From Alphaproteobacteria bacterium (GTDB lineage Bacteria; Pseudomonadota; Alphaproteobacteria; UBA8366; JADFVY01): a DNA stretch of 64,000 nt. Shown here piece by piece: positions 9,235-19,046 of this stretch. Positions within the stretch are counted from its first letter, which is position 1, and each line of letters begins with the position of its first letter. Both the position numbers and the translations under genes were made by a program. The stretch is taken from contig JBFGQV010000001.1 of the NCBI GenBank assembly GCA_041563955.1, positions 1,508 through 65,507 of the forward strand, given 5' to 3'. The notes beneath the pieces were generated by a model that had not been told where the DNA came from, did not search any database, and was given only the letters and a program-made list of their open reading frames with translations.

Positions 9235-9580
9235 GGCCGCTGACCGGGCTGCACGTGATGATTTCCTTTTGCTTCAACAGAGTAGCTCCGAGTTGTGGTC
9301 GGACGATCGACCGGCAATTCGCGGGCTCCAGTGCGTGTCCTGCGGTCTCCGTCCGCGGCGATCGGGTGCTGATAAAGTCCTCGATCGGCATGAACGAACG
9401 ATTAACCGCGCCGCCATCGGGCAGCCGGGCGATCGCTGCGCCGCCGGCGCGGGCATGCACGGCTTTGCCGGGCCGGCTGGGAGACGGCGACGCCTGCGCA
9501 CTTGACGGGCCGGGTCGACGACCTTATGTTCCGCGCCGAACCTAGCAGGGGTTGCCCCGGGGACGGGGCGGCGGAAAGTC

Positions 9581-9706
9581 ATGAAAGTCGTTAATTCTCT
9601 GAAGTCGATGAAGCGGCGGCACAAGGAGTGCCGCATCGTGCGCCGCAAGGGGCGGCTCTACGTCATCAACAAGCGCAATCCGAGGTTCAAGGCCCGCCAG
9701 GGCTGA
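9581..9706 (+). CDS. rpmJ: 50S ribosomal protein L36, Cys-less YkgO type
   Basis: Too short for the ORF track. My translation is [41 protein letters not shown] (41 aa). This closely resembles YkgO-type L36. Confidence 0.9.
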   Translation: MKVVNSLKSMKRRHKECRIVRRKGRLYVINKRNPRFKARQG

Positions 9707-9748
9707 AGCGCGTCGGAGCCGAGCCCGCGGCTCCGAAAGTCTGCAATG

Positions 9749-9780
9749 AACCGCGCCGGAGGGCGCGGTTTTCTAGTTTG
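9749..9780 (+). terminator. Rho-independent terminator after rpmJ
   Basis: AACCGCGCC-ggag-GGCGCGGTT is a perfect 9-bp stem followed by TTCTAGTTTG. A second hairpin (GGAGCCG...CGGCTCC) lies at ~9712-9735. Confidence 0.65.
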
Positions 9781-9854
9781 TTGCGACAGACGGTTTTCGT
9801 TTTGTCCGTTTGCTGCTATCACCGGTCCTCGGAACAGCGGGCGGATACTGACCG

Positions 9855-11345
9855 ATGAAGATGCCGGAGCCCGACGCGGCCGTCCTTGCGCGCCGTGAGG
9901 AAATTGCCGAAGCGCTGGCGGCGATGGTCCCTGGCGACGGGGGCGTCATCGTCGACCCGGATGAATTGCTTCCATACGAATCGGATGGCCTGACCGCTTA
10001 TCGGCAGCCCCCCATGCTGGCGGTGCTGCCGGAGACCACGGACCAGGTTCGCGATGTGCTGCGGTACTGCCACGAACACGGAATCAAGGTTGTTCCGCGC
10101 GGCGCCGGCACGTCGCTGTCCGGCGGGGCGCTGCCGCTGGCCGACGGCGTCCTGCTGGGAATGAGCCGATTCAACCGCATCCTCGAAATCGACTACGACA
10201 ACCGCTGCGTGGTCGCCCAGCCGGGCGTCACCAATCTCGGCATCACCAAGGCCGTCGAGCATGAGGGCTTCTACTACGCTCCCGATCCGTCGAGCCAGAT
10301 CGCCTGCTCCATCGGCGGCAACATCGCCGAGAACTCCGGCGGTGTGCACTGCCTGAAATACGGCCTGACGACGAACAACGTCCTCGGCTTGGAGCTGGTG
10401 CTGATCGACGGTGAGGTCATCCGTATCGGCGGCCGGCACCTCGATGCCGAGGGCTACGATCTGCTCGGCGTCCTGACCGGCTCGGAAGGGCTGCTCGGCG
10501 TGGTCACCGAGGTCACCGTGCGCATCCTGCGCAGCCCGGAGACAGCCCGGGCGATGCTTGCGGGGTTCCCGACGAGCGAACAGGCCGGCGATTGCGTCGG
10601 CAGGATCATCGGCGCCGGGATCATTCCGGGCGGCATGGAGATGATGGACGGGCTCGCGATCCGGGCGGCCGAGGAGTTCGCCCATGCCGGCTACCCGCTG
10701 GACGTCGAGGCGCTGCTCATCATCGAGCTCGACGGCCCGGAGCGGGAAGTGGCCGATCTGATCGGCCGGGTCACGAAGATCGCCACCGACACCGGCGCCT
10801 CGACGATCCGGATCTCCGAGAGCGATGCCGAACGCGAGGCGTTCTGGGCCGGGCGCAAGGCGGCGTTCCCGGCGGTCGGCCGCATCTCGCCGGACTATTA
10901 CTGCATGGACGGCACGATCCCGCGGCACCGCCTGCCGGAGGTGCTGCGGCGCATCACCGAGCTCTCGCGGCACTACGAGCTGCGGGTGGCCAACGTCTTC
11001 CATGCCGGCGACGGGAACCTGCATCCGTTGATCCTCTATGACGCCAACGTGCCCGGCGAGCTCGAGAGGGCCGAAGCGTTTGGCGCCGACATCCTGAAGC
11101 TGTGCGTCGAGGTCGGCGGCGTGTTGACCGGCGAGCATGGTGTCGGCGTCGAGAAGCGCGACCTGATGACGACGATGTTCTCGGAGGAGGACCTCAACCA
11201 GCAGCAGCGCTTGAAATGCGCGTTCGATCCGGCATCTCTGCTCAATCCCGGCAAGATGTTCCCGGAACTGCATCGCTGCGCCGAACTCGGCCGCATGCAT
11301 GTCCACCGCGGCAAACTGCCGTTCCCTGACATTCCGCGCTTCTGA
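9855..11345 (+). CDS. glcD: Glycolate oxidase subunit GlcD (FAD-linked oxidase)
   Basis: 496 aa. FAD-binding PCMH-type N-terminus (VVPRGAGTSLSGGALP). First gene of a D-E-F order. Confidence 0.9.
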   Translation: MKMPEPDAAVLARREEIAEALAAMVPGDGGVIVDPDELLPYESDGLTAYRQPPMLAVLPETTDQVRDVLRYCHEHGIKVVPRGAGTSLSGGALPLADGVLLGMSRFNRILEIDYDNRCVVAQPGVTNLGITKAVEHEGFYYAPDPSSQIACSIGGNIAENSGGVHCLKYGLTTNNVLGLELVLIDGEVIRIGGRHLDAEGYDLLGVLTGSEGLLGVVTEVTVRILRSPETARAMLAGFPTSEQAGDCVGRIIGAGIIPGGMEMMDGLAIRAAEEFAHAGYPLDVEALLIIELDGPEREVADLIGRVTKIATDTGASTIRISESDAEREAFWAGRKAAFPAVGRISPDYYCMDGTIPRHRLPEVLRRITELSRHYELRVANVFHAGDGNLHPLILYDANVPGELERAEAFGADILKLCVEVGGVLTGEHGVGVEKRDLMTTMFSEEDLNQQQRLKCAFDPASLLNPGKMFPELHRCAELGRMHVHRGKLPFPDIPRF

Positions 11346-11358
11346 CCGGACCACGCTC

Positions 11359-12621
11359 GTGAGCGAGACACTCCGCCCCGAATCCGCCGAGCAATTGCGC
11401 GAGCTGCTCGCCTGGGCGGCCTCCGAGTCAAAACCGCTGGAGATTGTCGGCTCGGGAAGCAAGCGCGTGCTCGGGCGCCCGGTGGCGGCGGATCATGTGG
11501 TGGAGCTGGGCGCGTTGTCCGGTATCTCGCTGTACGAGCCGGACGAGCTGGTGCTGTCCGCCGGCCCGGCAACGCCGCTGGCGGAGATCGAGGCCGCGCT
11601 TGCCGAGAAGAACCAGCGGCTCGACTTCGAGCCACCGGATTACGGCCCCCTGCTGTCGGGGCCAGGCGGTGCGTCGAACGACGGCGCGGGCCGGGCGAAT
11701 GCACCCACCGGCACGCTCGGCGGGGCGCTGGCCTGCAACCTGTCGGGGCCGCGCCGCGTCAAGAGCGGCGCGGCGCGCGACCATTTCCTGGGCTTTACCG
11801 CGGTGTCGGGACACGGGACGGTGTTCAAGTCCGGCGGCCGGGTGGTCAAGAACGTCACCGGCTACGATCTCAGCAAACTGATGGCGGGCTCCTGGGGCAC
11901 CCTCGCGGTGACGACCGACGTGACGATCAAGGTCCTCCCGGCAGCGGAAAAGACCCGAACGGTATTGCTGTTCGGCGGCGATGCCTCGGTCGGGGGGCGG
12001 GCACTGACGATGGCTCTGAACAGCCCGTATGACGTTTCGGCGGCGGCCTGGCTGCCGGCGTCGCTGGCCGCGCGGTCGGCCGTCGACCTGGTGTCCGCCG
12101 CGAAGGCATCGGTCGCCGCCGTGCGGGTCGAGGGATTCGGCCTGTCGGTCGAGTATCGCTGCAAGGTCCTGCGCGAGCAGCTCGGCACGCTGGGCCCGAC
12201 CGAGGAGCTGCACAGCGCCAACTCCGTCGGCTTCTGGCGCGAGGTCCGCGACGTGGTGCCGTTTGCCGGCCCGGGTGACGACAGGCCGGTCTGGCGGCTT
12301 TCGGTACCGCCGGCGGCGGGGCCTGGCATCGTTGCCGCCCTTGCGCAGGAGGACGGCGCCGACGCCTTCCTCGACTGGGGCGGCGGGCTGGTCTGGCTCG
12401 CGGTGCCACCGGATGCCGAAGCGCGGGAACCGGCAGTGCGGGAGATGGTCGCGCGGAGCGGCGGCCACGCGACGCTGTTCCGCGCCCCGCGGGACATGCG
12501 CGGCGCGGTCCCGGTGTTCCAGCCGCAGGAGCCGGCGAAGGCGGCGCTGACCAGCCGCATCAAGGCGGCGTTCGATCCGGCCGGCATTCTGAATCCCGGC
12601 CGCATGTATCCGGAATCCTAG
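11359..12621 (+). CDS. glcE: Glycolate oxidase FAD-binding subunit GlcE
   Basis: In-frame GTG 11359 lies just after the glcD stop; the track ORF from 11299 overlaps glcD. LEIVGSGSKRVLGRP matches an FAD_binding_4-like domain. Position between glcD and glcF. Confidence 0.8.
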   Translation: MSETLRPESAEQLRELLAWAASESKPLEIVGSGSKRVLGRPVAADHVVELGALSGISLYEPDELVLSAGPATPLAEIEAALAEKNQRLDFEPPDYGPLLSGPGGASNDGAGRANAPTGTLGGALACNLSGPRRVKSGAARDHFLGFTAVSGHGTVFKSGGRVVKNVTGYDLSKLMAGSWGTLAVTTDVTIKVLPAAEKTRTVLLFGGDASVGGRALTMALNSPYDVSAAAWLPASLAARSAVDLVSAAKASVAAVRVEGFGLSVEYRCKVLREQLGTLGPTEELHSANSVGFWREVRDVVPFAGPGDDRPVWRLSVPPAAGPGIVAALAQEDGADAFLDWGGGLVWLAVPPDAEAREPAVREMVARSGGHATLFRAPRDMRGAVPVFQPQEPAKAALTSRIKAAFDPAGILNPGRMYPES

Positions 12622-12638
12622 GCGACGGAGCGCTGACC

Positions 12639-13979
12639 ATGCAGACCCGTTTCTCCGCGGAACAGCTCGCCGACCCGGATATCAAGGTGGTCAACGATAT
12701 CCTGCGTGCCTGCGTGCATTGCGGGTTCTGCACGGCGACATGCCCCACCTACGTCCTGCTGGGCGACGAGCTCGACAGCCCGCGCGGTCGCATCTATCAG
12801 ATCAAGGACATGCTGGAGGGCGATCGACCGGCGCCTGCGGGCGTCGTCAAACACATCGACCGCTGCCTCTCGTGCCTGTCCTGCATGACGACATGCCCGT
12901 CCGGCGTGCATTACATGCATCTGGTCGATATCGGCCGGGCGCATATCGAGAACACCCACACACGGCCGCTGGCCGAGCGCTGGCTGCGCAGCCTGCTGGC
13001 GCTGGTGCTGCCGCGGCCCCTGCTGTTCCGCATTTCGCTGGCCGGGGCCTACTTCCTGCGGCCGTTCCGCCGGTTGCTGCCGCGCCGGATCGCCGCGATG
13101 ATGGCTCTGGCGCCTCAACGCCTGTTGCCGCCGTCGCCGATCGGCCGCCCGCAGGTGGTGCCGGTGTCCGGTGCGCGGCGCGGCCGCGTGGCCCTCATGA
13201 CCGGCTGCGCGCAGCAGGTGCTGAGCCCGGCGATCAACGAGGCAACGGTGCGCCTGCTGACCCGCCACCGTATCGAGGTCGTCATTCCGCGTGGGCAGGG
13301 CTGTTGCGGGGCGCTGGTCCATCACATGGGTTGGACCGAGGCCGCGCACGCCCAGGCGGCGCGCAACATCATGGCCTGGACTCGCGAGATCGAGCGCGGT
13401 GGGCTCGACGCGATCATCATCAATACCAGCGGCTGCGGAACCACCATCAAGGACTACGGGTTCATGTTCCGCACCGACAAGGAGCTGGCCGCCGATGCCG
13501 AAAAGGTGGCGCGGCTGAGCCGCGACATCACCGAGTACATGGCCGACATCGGCCTGTGCGAGACGCGCCGGCCTGGCGCCTTTCCGGTCGCCTATCATTC
13601 GCCCTGCTCGATGCAGCACGGCCAGAAGATCACGGCCGTCCCGCGGGATCTCCTGCGGCAGGCCGGGTTCGAGGTCCGCGAGATCGCCGAGGGGCATCTG
13701 TGCTGCGGGTCGGCCGGCACCTACAACATCATGCAGCCGGAGCTGGCCACCCGGCTGCGCGATCGCAAGATCGCAAACATCGACGCGACGGGCGCGCCGG
13801 TGGTCGCGACCGGCAATATCGGCTGCATGGCGCAGCTTGCCACCGGCACGGAAAAACCCGTGGTGCACACCGTCGAGCTGCTCGACTGGGCCACCGGCGG
13901 GCCGTTGCCGGCAGCACTCCAGGGGCGCGACCTCGGCCCGGTGGCCGCGCTCAGCGCGTCGACGATGGCGGCGGAGTAG
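12639..13979 (+). CDS. glcF: Glycolate oxidase iron-sulfur subunit GlcF
   Basis: Ferredoxin-type clusters CVHCGFCTATCP and CLSCLSCMTTCP. C-terminal CCG domains (GCCG, CCGSAG). Confidence 0.9.
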   Translation: MQTRFSAEQLADPDIKVVNDILRACVHCGFCTATCPTYVLLGDELDSPRGRIYQIKDMLEGDRPAPAGVVKHIDRCLSCLSCMTTCPSGVHYMHLVDIGRAHIENTHTRPLAERWLRSLLALVLPRPLLFRISLAGAYFLRPFRRLLPRRIAAMMALAPQRLLPPSPIGRPQVVPVSGARRGRVALMTGCAQQVLSPAINEATVRLLTRHRIEVVIPRGQGCCGALVHHMGWTEAAHAQAARNIMAWTREIERGGLDAIIINTSGCGTTIKDYGFMFRTDKELAADAEKVARLSRDITEYMADIGLCETRRPGAFPVAYHSPCSMQHGQKITAVPRDLLRQAGFEVREIAEGHLCCGSAGTYNIMQPELATRLRDRKIANIDATGAPVVATGNIGCMAQLATGTEKPVVHTVELLDWATGGPLPAALQGRDLGPVAALSASTMAAE

Positions 13980-14037
13980 GACGAATTCCTTCGGGCAACG
14001 CCCCGCTGCAGCCACGGGATCGCGATGGGCTCAGATC

Positions 14038-15102
14038 TTACGATCGTTTCTGAGTCGACAGAACCGTGAAGCCTTCGCCGACGATCGAGCGCCCAATCTC
14101 GCCTCTGAATCCTGCGTTACGCAGAAGAGATTCCTGCTCTTCACGTGTCGGCACGACATTGCCCCACGTAAGTTCCTCGAACCCAGTCTGGATAGGGAAC
14201 AGAAATTGCGCCTCTCGTGACTCCGCGAGCGTCGAGGGGTAGGTCTCGTCGATGATCATGAGCCATCCATCGGCGACAAGTGCCCCGTGGCAGGCGGTAA
14301 CCACATCTTGCCTGAACGCGGGTGCAATTTCATGGAGAACCTCAATCATGACTACCGCGTCGACCGATTTTTCCTTCACGGCGGTGCTGATGTCGCCCTC
14401 AATCAGGTGAACGCGATCGGATACGCCGGCGTCCTCAACTGCAGCACGGGCCGCATTCAGACCGGTCGGGTCGATGTCCACGCCCACGCAGCGAGCTTGC
14501 GGAAAGGCATCGGACAATTGAACGAGGTGGCGGCCAGTTCCGCAGCCGACCTCAAGGATCGTCCCTCCTGCATCGAGACGCTCTTTGAGGCCGGGCAGTT
14601 CCGGCAGGAGCTTCCTTGCGCTCAGCACCTGGAGGCCCGCCGTGCTTTCCGCAACCACTTCGGCGAAGGCTTCGCTCCGGCCCTGAAATGGTATGGTCGT
14701 CCCCGTCCGGAACGCTTCGAGACAATAACGATGGTCCTCGGTCGCAAACTCCGTGCCCAAGTGAACGTAGCCGCCGAGGTAGCGCGGGTGGGTCGGCTTG
14801 CCCAATATCTGATCGATGTAGGGGGCCAGATGAAACCCGCGACCCTCCTCTCCTTCGAGCAACCCAAAAGAGTATGCAGTCATGCACCAGGTCTCGACGT
14901 AGGGGGTGTGCAGGCCCAGGCTCTCTGCGATCTGGTTCGGCGTCACACCGGGAGTTGCGGCGATCGTTCTGAACAGTCCCAGGCGAACACCGAGGTCAAT
15001 CAGATGCATGGCGTTAAAGCCACGCCGCCACTCGAATATCTTCGCAACTTGGGCCTCCGCAGTCGGCCCTTCCGGTTCGCCTTTCTCATCTTCACGTGAC
15101 AT
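14038..15102 (-). CDS. Class I SAM-dependent methyltransferase with N-terminal winged-helix/dimerisation-like domain
   Basis: ATG 15102 after GGGAGG (MSREDEKG...). SAM motif I ILEVGCGTGRHL, then VGVDID and IEVLHE. Hand count of 14041-14220 gives ~56% G+C. Confidence 0.85.
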   Translation of the reverse strand: MSREDEKGEPEGPTAEAQVAKIFEWRRGFNAMHLIDLGVRLGLFRTIAATPGVTPNQIAESLGLHTPYVETWCMTAYSFGLLEGEEGRGFHLAPYIDQILGKPTHPRYLGGYVHLGTEFATEDHRYCLEAFRTGTTIPFQGRSEAFAEVVAESTAGLQVLSARKLLPELPGLKERLDAGGTILEVGCGTGRHLVQLSDAFPQARCVGVDIDPTGLNAARAAVEDAGVSDRVHLIEGDISTAVKEKSVDAVVMIEVLHEIAPAFRQDVVTACHGALVADGWLMIIDETYPSTLAESREAQFLFPIQTGFEELTWGNVVPTREEQESLLRNAGFRGEIGRSIVGEGFTVLSTQKRS

Positions 15103-15217
15103 CGTTGGCCTCCCTCTCCGAACACTGTTGATGTCGTCTTTTTGTGTGCGCAAGGTTAACAAAGTTAAGACCAAGTTCAATTCCCCCTGCTGAATTGGCG
15201 CCCGCGGCTGCCTGCGC

Positions 15218-16588
15218 TCAGCCGAGCCAGGCGAACTTTGCCGTGAAATGCCGCAGGGCAGGTGCTTCCCAGACCATCCGCATGCCTTTGAGGGCCTCGC
15301 GCCGCTCAAAAACTTCCAGGATCGTCTCGACGACGTAATCCATGTGACTCTGGGTATAGACCCGGCGCGGAATCGCGAGGCGCACCAGATCCAGCGGCGT
15401 TTCCTGCTCCGAGCCGTCGGGCTGCCGGCCGAACATCACCTGGCCGATCTCGCAGCCGCGTATGCCGCCATGCAGATAGAGCGCCACCGACAGGGACTGT
15501 CCGGGATACTGCAGCGGGGGGATATGCGGCAATGTTGCCCGCGCATCCAGATAGACAGCGTGTCCGCCTGCCGGCCGCACGGTCGGCACGCCCGCCTCGA
15601 CCAGATGCTTCGCGACGTATTGGGTCGAGACGATGCGATAGTTCAGATAGTCCTCTTGCACGACCTCCTCGAGACCGACCGCAATCGCCTCAAGATCGCG
15701 CCCGGCGAGGCCGCCATATGTCGGAAACCCTTCGGTGACGATCAGCCGGTTTCGGCATGTCGCCGCCCAGTCGTGATCGTTCATGGCGAGCCAGCCGCCG
15801 GTGTTGACCAGCCCGTCCTTCTTGGCGCTCATCGTGCAGCCATCTGCGTGGGAGAACATTTCGCGGACGATGTCCTCCACCGTCCGGTCGTGGTAACCCG
15901 GCTCGCGAAGTTTTATGAACCAGGCGTTCTCGGCAAAGCGGCAGGCATCGATGAAGAGCGGTATGCCGTGCAGTTGGCAGACCTTCCGCGTTGCGCGGAT
16001 GTTTTCCATCGAGACCGGCTGGCCGCCGCCGGAGTTGTTGGTCACCGTGAGCATGCACATCGGGATCGCATCGGCGCCCCGATCCGCGATAAGGGCCTCC
16101 AGGCGCGTGACATCCATATTGCCCTTGAATGGAAAGTCGAGTGCCGGTTGCAGCGCCTCGGAGACAACAAGATCCACCGCTTCCGCCCCCTGCGCTTCGA
16201 TGTTTGCGCGCGTTGTATCGAAGTGGTTGTTGTTGGGAACGCACTGGCCCGGTTCCAACACGACGGAAAACAGGATGTTTTCAGCGGCTCGGCCTTGATG
16301 CGTGGGAATAATGTGGTCGAAGGGCATAAGGTTGCGCACGGCCGCCTCGAAGCGCGTATAGGATGGACTGCCTGCGTAGGATTCGTCGCCAAGCATCATC
16401 GCCGCCCATTGGCGTGAACTCATCGCCGAGGTGCCGGAATCGGTCAAGAGGTCGATCAGGACCTGGTCGGCCTGCAGCCGGAACGGATTGAGATGGGCGT
16501 CCTCGATAAACTGCTGTCGTTCCTCACGGGTCGTCATCCGGATCGGTTCGACGGATTTGACGCGGTGCGGCTCGATGATTGTCTTCAT
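15218..16588 (-). CDS. tnaA: Tryptophanase-like beta-eliminating lyase (PLP-dependent; TnaA/TPL family)
   Basis: ATG 16588 (MKTIIEPHRVKSVEPI). Motifs: DLLTDSGTSAM, IPTHQGRAAE, PLP-lysine segment SAKKDGLVNTGG, RFAENAWFIK, EGFPTYGGLAGRD, LPHIPPLQYPGQ, LRHFTAKF. By eye this is closer to tryptophanase than to tyrosine phenol-lyase. Confidence 0.85.
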   Translation of the reverse strand: MKTIIEPHRVKSVEPIRMTTREERQQFIEDAHLNPFRLQADQVLIDLLTDSGTSAMSSRQWAAMMLGDESYAGSPSYTRFEAAVRNLMPFDHIIPTHQGRAAENILFSVVLEPGQCVPNNNHFDTTRANIEAQGAEAVDLVVSEALQPALDFPFKGNMDVTRLEALIADRGADAIPMCMLTVTNNSGGGQPVSMENIRATRKVCQLHGIPLFIDACRFAENAWFIKLREPGYHDRTVEDIVREMFSHADGCTMSAKKDGLVNTGGWLAMNDHDWAATCRNRLIVTEGFPTYGGLAGRDLEAIAVGLEEVVQEDYLNYRIVSTQYVAKHLVEAGVPTVRPAGGHAVYLDARATLPHIPPLQYPGQSLSVALYLHGGIRGCEIGQVMFGRQPDGSEQETPLDLVRLAIPRRVYTQSHMDYVVETILEVFERREALKGMRMVWEAPALRHFTAKFAWLG

Positions 16589-16760
16589 GACGACCTCATG
16601 GCGGCTCGGGAGGAGTAATCGATGAGTCGGCGGGCGCCGCAGTTCAACTTTACGCGATCTTTTCTCCCTGTCATCGAGTATGCATCCTATCTCATGGCAT
16701 GCCCATTGACACCGGCGCACCGCGGCGATGCGCGTTCGATGAAAGAGGAGAGCGCGAGAC

Positions 16761-17984
16761 ATGCACTCTGAAAAGGTCACGTTCCCGGGATCCCACGACG
16801 AGCCGCTGGCGGCGCGGCTGGACAGGCCCGACGGCGACATCCGCGCCTATGCGCTGTTCGCCCATTGCTTTACGTGCTCGAAGGATACCCTGGCCGCCGC
16901 CCGCATCTCCGAGGCGCTGGTCGCGCACGGCTATGCGGTCCTGCGCTTCGATTTCACCGGGCTCGGCGGCAGCGGCGGCGAGTTCGCCAACACCGATTTC
17001 TCGTCGAACGTCGGCGATTTGCTGAAAGCTGCGGATTATCTGCGCGCGAACTTCGCGGCACCGTCGCTGCTGATCGGACACAGCCTCGGCGGCGCCGCGG
17101 TGCTGGCCGCGGCTGCGGAGGTCCCGGAAGCGAGGGCCGTTGCCACAATCGGCGCCCCGGCGGAGCCCGCCCATGTGGCGCGCCATCTTGCAGCGGCGCG
17201 GCCCGAGATCGAGGCCAAGGGCGTCGCGGAGGTCACGATCGCCGGGCGCTCGTTCCATATCCGCAAGGCGTTCCTCGACGATATCGAGGGGACAAGGCTG
17301 CGGGCGAAGATCGCGGGGCTGCGCAAGGCCCTGTTGGTGTTCCACGCGCCGCGCGACGAGATCGTCGGCATCGAGAACGCCGAACAGATCTTCAAGGCGG
17401 CGAAGCACCCGAAGAGTTTCGTCTCGCTGGACGGCGCCGACCATATGCTGGGCCGCAAGGAGGACGCGCGCTGGGTCGCCGGCATCCTGTCCGGCTGGGC
17501 GGCGCGGTATCTTGGCCGGGAAGACGCGGCCGAATCGGAGGCGCAGGCCGATGACCACGGCGTGGTCCTCGTCGAGGAGACGGGGGAGGGCCGCTACGCC
17601 CAGCGCGTCGTCGCCGGCCGGCACCGGATGCGCGCGGACGAACCGGAATCGGTGGGCGGCGAGGACAGCGGCCCCGGGCCCTATGAATATCTGCTGGCCG
17701 CGCTCGGCGCCTGCACCTCGATGACCATCCGCATGTACGCCGAGCGTAAGCAGTGGCCGCTGGAGCGCGTTTCAGTCCGGCTGCGGCACAAGAAGATCCA
17801 CGCCGACGACTGCGCCGACTGCGAGACGCGCGAGGGCAAGATCGACTGGATCGACCGCGACATAACGCTGTCCGGCCCGCTCGATCAGGCGCAGCAGGAT
17901 CGCCTGCTGGAGATCGCCGACCGGTGCCCGGTGCACAGGAGCCTGCACAGCGAGACGAAAGTCGCCAGCCGGATTTCGACGTGA
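16761..17984 (+). CDS. Bifunctional alpha/beta hydrolase - OsmC family fusion protein
   Basis: N-terminal hydrolase with GHSLGG nucleophile elbow. C-terminal OsmC-like region ([19 protein letters not shown]...CPVHRSL). Confidence 0.9.
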   Translation: MHSEKVTFPGSHDEPLAARLDRPDGDIRAYALFAHCFTCSKDTLAAARISEALVAHGYAVLRFDFTGLGGSGGEFANTDFSSNVGDLLKAADYLRANFAAPSLLIGHSLGGAAVLAAAAEVPEARAVATIGAPAEPAHVARHLAAARPEIEAKGVAEVTIAGRSFHIRKAFLDDIEGTRLRAKIAGLRKALLVFHAPRDEIVGIENAEQIFKAAKHPKSFVSLDGADHMLGRKEDARWVAGILSGWAARYLGREDAAESEAQADDHGVVLVEETGEGRYAQRVVAGRHRMRADEPESVGGEDSGPGPYEYLLAALGACTSMTIRMYAERKQWPLERVSVRLRHKKIHADDCADCETREGKIDWIDRDITLSGPLDQAQQDRLLEIADRCPVHRSLHSETKVASRIST

Positions 17985-18015
17985 CCGGGTGCCGGGCCCT
18001 GCGGCCGCGGCCTCA

Positions 18016-18948
18016 TCAACTCGAATGCAGCGCCGTCAGGGTCCGCTGCAGCAGGATGATCGCGTTGCGCCACACCGCGGTTCGCCAGGCGCCATCGCTG
18101 GGGAACAGCAGCTCCCGCGGATCCGGCACTGCCTGGCCCGCCGTTCGAATGGTCAGGCTGTCCAGCACGGACATCATCGAATAGGTGCCGAACGCGGCGG
18201 AGAACGCGGTGATCTCGGCCTCCGGCAGGCGCCGGATCAGGCCGGCCGCGAGGCTGTCGGGCTCCTGCGGGACGACGGCCTGTCCGTCGGGCGGATCGGC
18301 AAGCCCGAACCACGACCTGACCCGGCGCGCAGCGGCGCTGTCCGACGCATGGCAGGGCGTTACTTCCGCCTCGCCGTAAGGGCCCAGGCCAACCCGGATA
18401 TCGGCGATCGCGATGCGTCCGGCCGCGGCGGAGCCGAGCCACTTCACCAGCTCATCCAGCACCGCCGCGGGGTAGCCCGCGACCGCCCGTAGCTCCTCCG
18501 GTGCGAGCGGCCTGCCCAGCGAGTCGACGCCCTTGCGCCGCGCGTACTCCGCGTAGCGCTTCTCGACCTTCGCCAGCAGGTCGTCCTCCCATTCGGGCGG
18601 CGGGCCGTCCTCGGACGCCGCGTCGCCGCCGGCTGGCACCGGGCCGTGATGCACGAGGAGGATGGCGGTGTCGTGCGGCAGATGGGCGTTCGCGAACTCG
18701 TTGAGCCAACCGACCGCGATCGCCGAGCAGCACAACGCGTCAGCCTGCCGGTCGCCGCCGCAGACCACGAGCATGTGGCGTGCCGAGGGATCGCCCAGGC
18801 GAACCGAGTCGGCCAGCGGCACGTCCGGCCCGCCGGGCGCCGCGGCCGCCCGGTAAGCCTGGGGCAGCAGTCGCCGCGCCCGGCAGGCCGACAGGAATTT
18901 CCCGCGTGCGCTCCGGTAATCGTCGGTGAAATACGCTTCGGCGTCCAT
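18016..18948 (-). CDS. DUF2817-like (M14 carboxypeptidase-related) protein
   Basis: ATG 18948 ([21 protein letters not shown]) resembles the DUF2817 N-terminus as I recall it. Assignment is from memory only. Confidence 0.55.
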   Translation of the reverse strand: MDAEAYFTDDYRSARGKFLSACRARRLLPQAYRAAAAPGGPDVPLADSVRLGDPSARHMLVVCGGDRQADALCCSAIAVGWLNEFANAHLPHDTAILLVHHGPVPAGGDAASEDGPPPEWEDDLLAKVEKRYAEYARRKGVDSLGRPLAPEELRAVAGYPAAVLDELVKWLGSAAAGRIAIADIRVGLGPYGEAEVTPCHASDSAAARRVRSWFGLADPPDGQAVVPQEPDSLAAGLIRRLPEAEITAFSAAFGTYSMMSVLDSLTIRTAGQAVPDPRELLFPSDGAWRTAVWRNAIILLQRTLTALHSS

Positions 18949-19046
18949 GCTCAGTCTTCTCGTGCGGCCCGGCCGAGACCCTAGCGCCGCCGGCGGGGCG
19001 ACGCGAGTCATTTGCCGATCGGCGCAAAGCGGGCCATATTTGTGGC

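Noticed and set aside
9120-9545. + strand ORFs between the kinase and rpmJ (9120..9545, 9185..9505)
   Set aside because: Pro/Arg/Ala-rich translations without motifs or an RBS. The only coding-like signal in this region is on the minus strand.
9819-11462. 547-aa minus-strand ORF
   Set aside because: Antisense to glcD, with low-complexity Arg/Asp/Gly composition.
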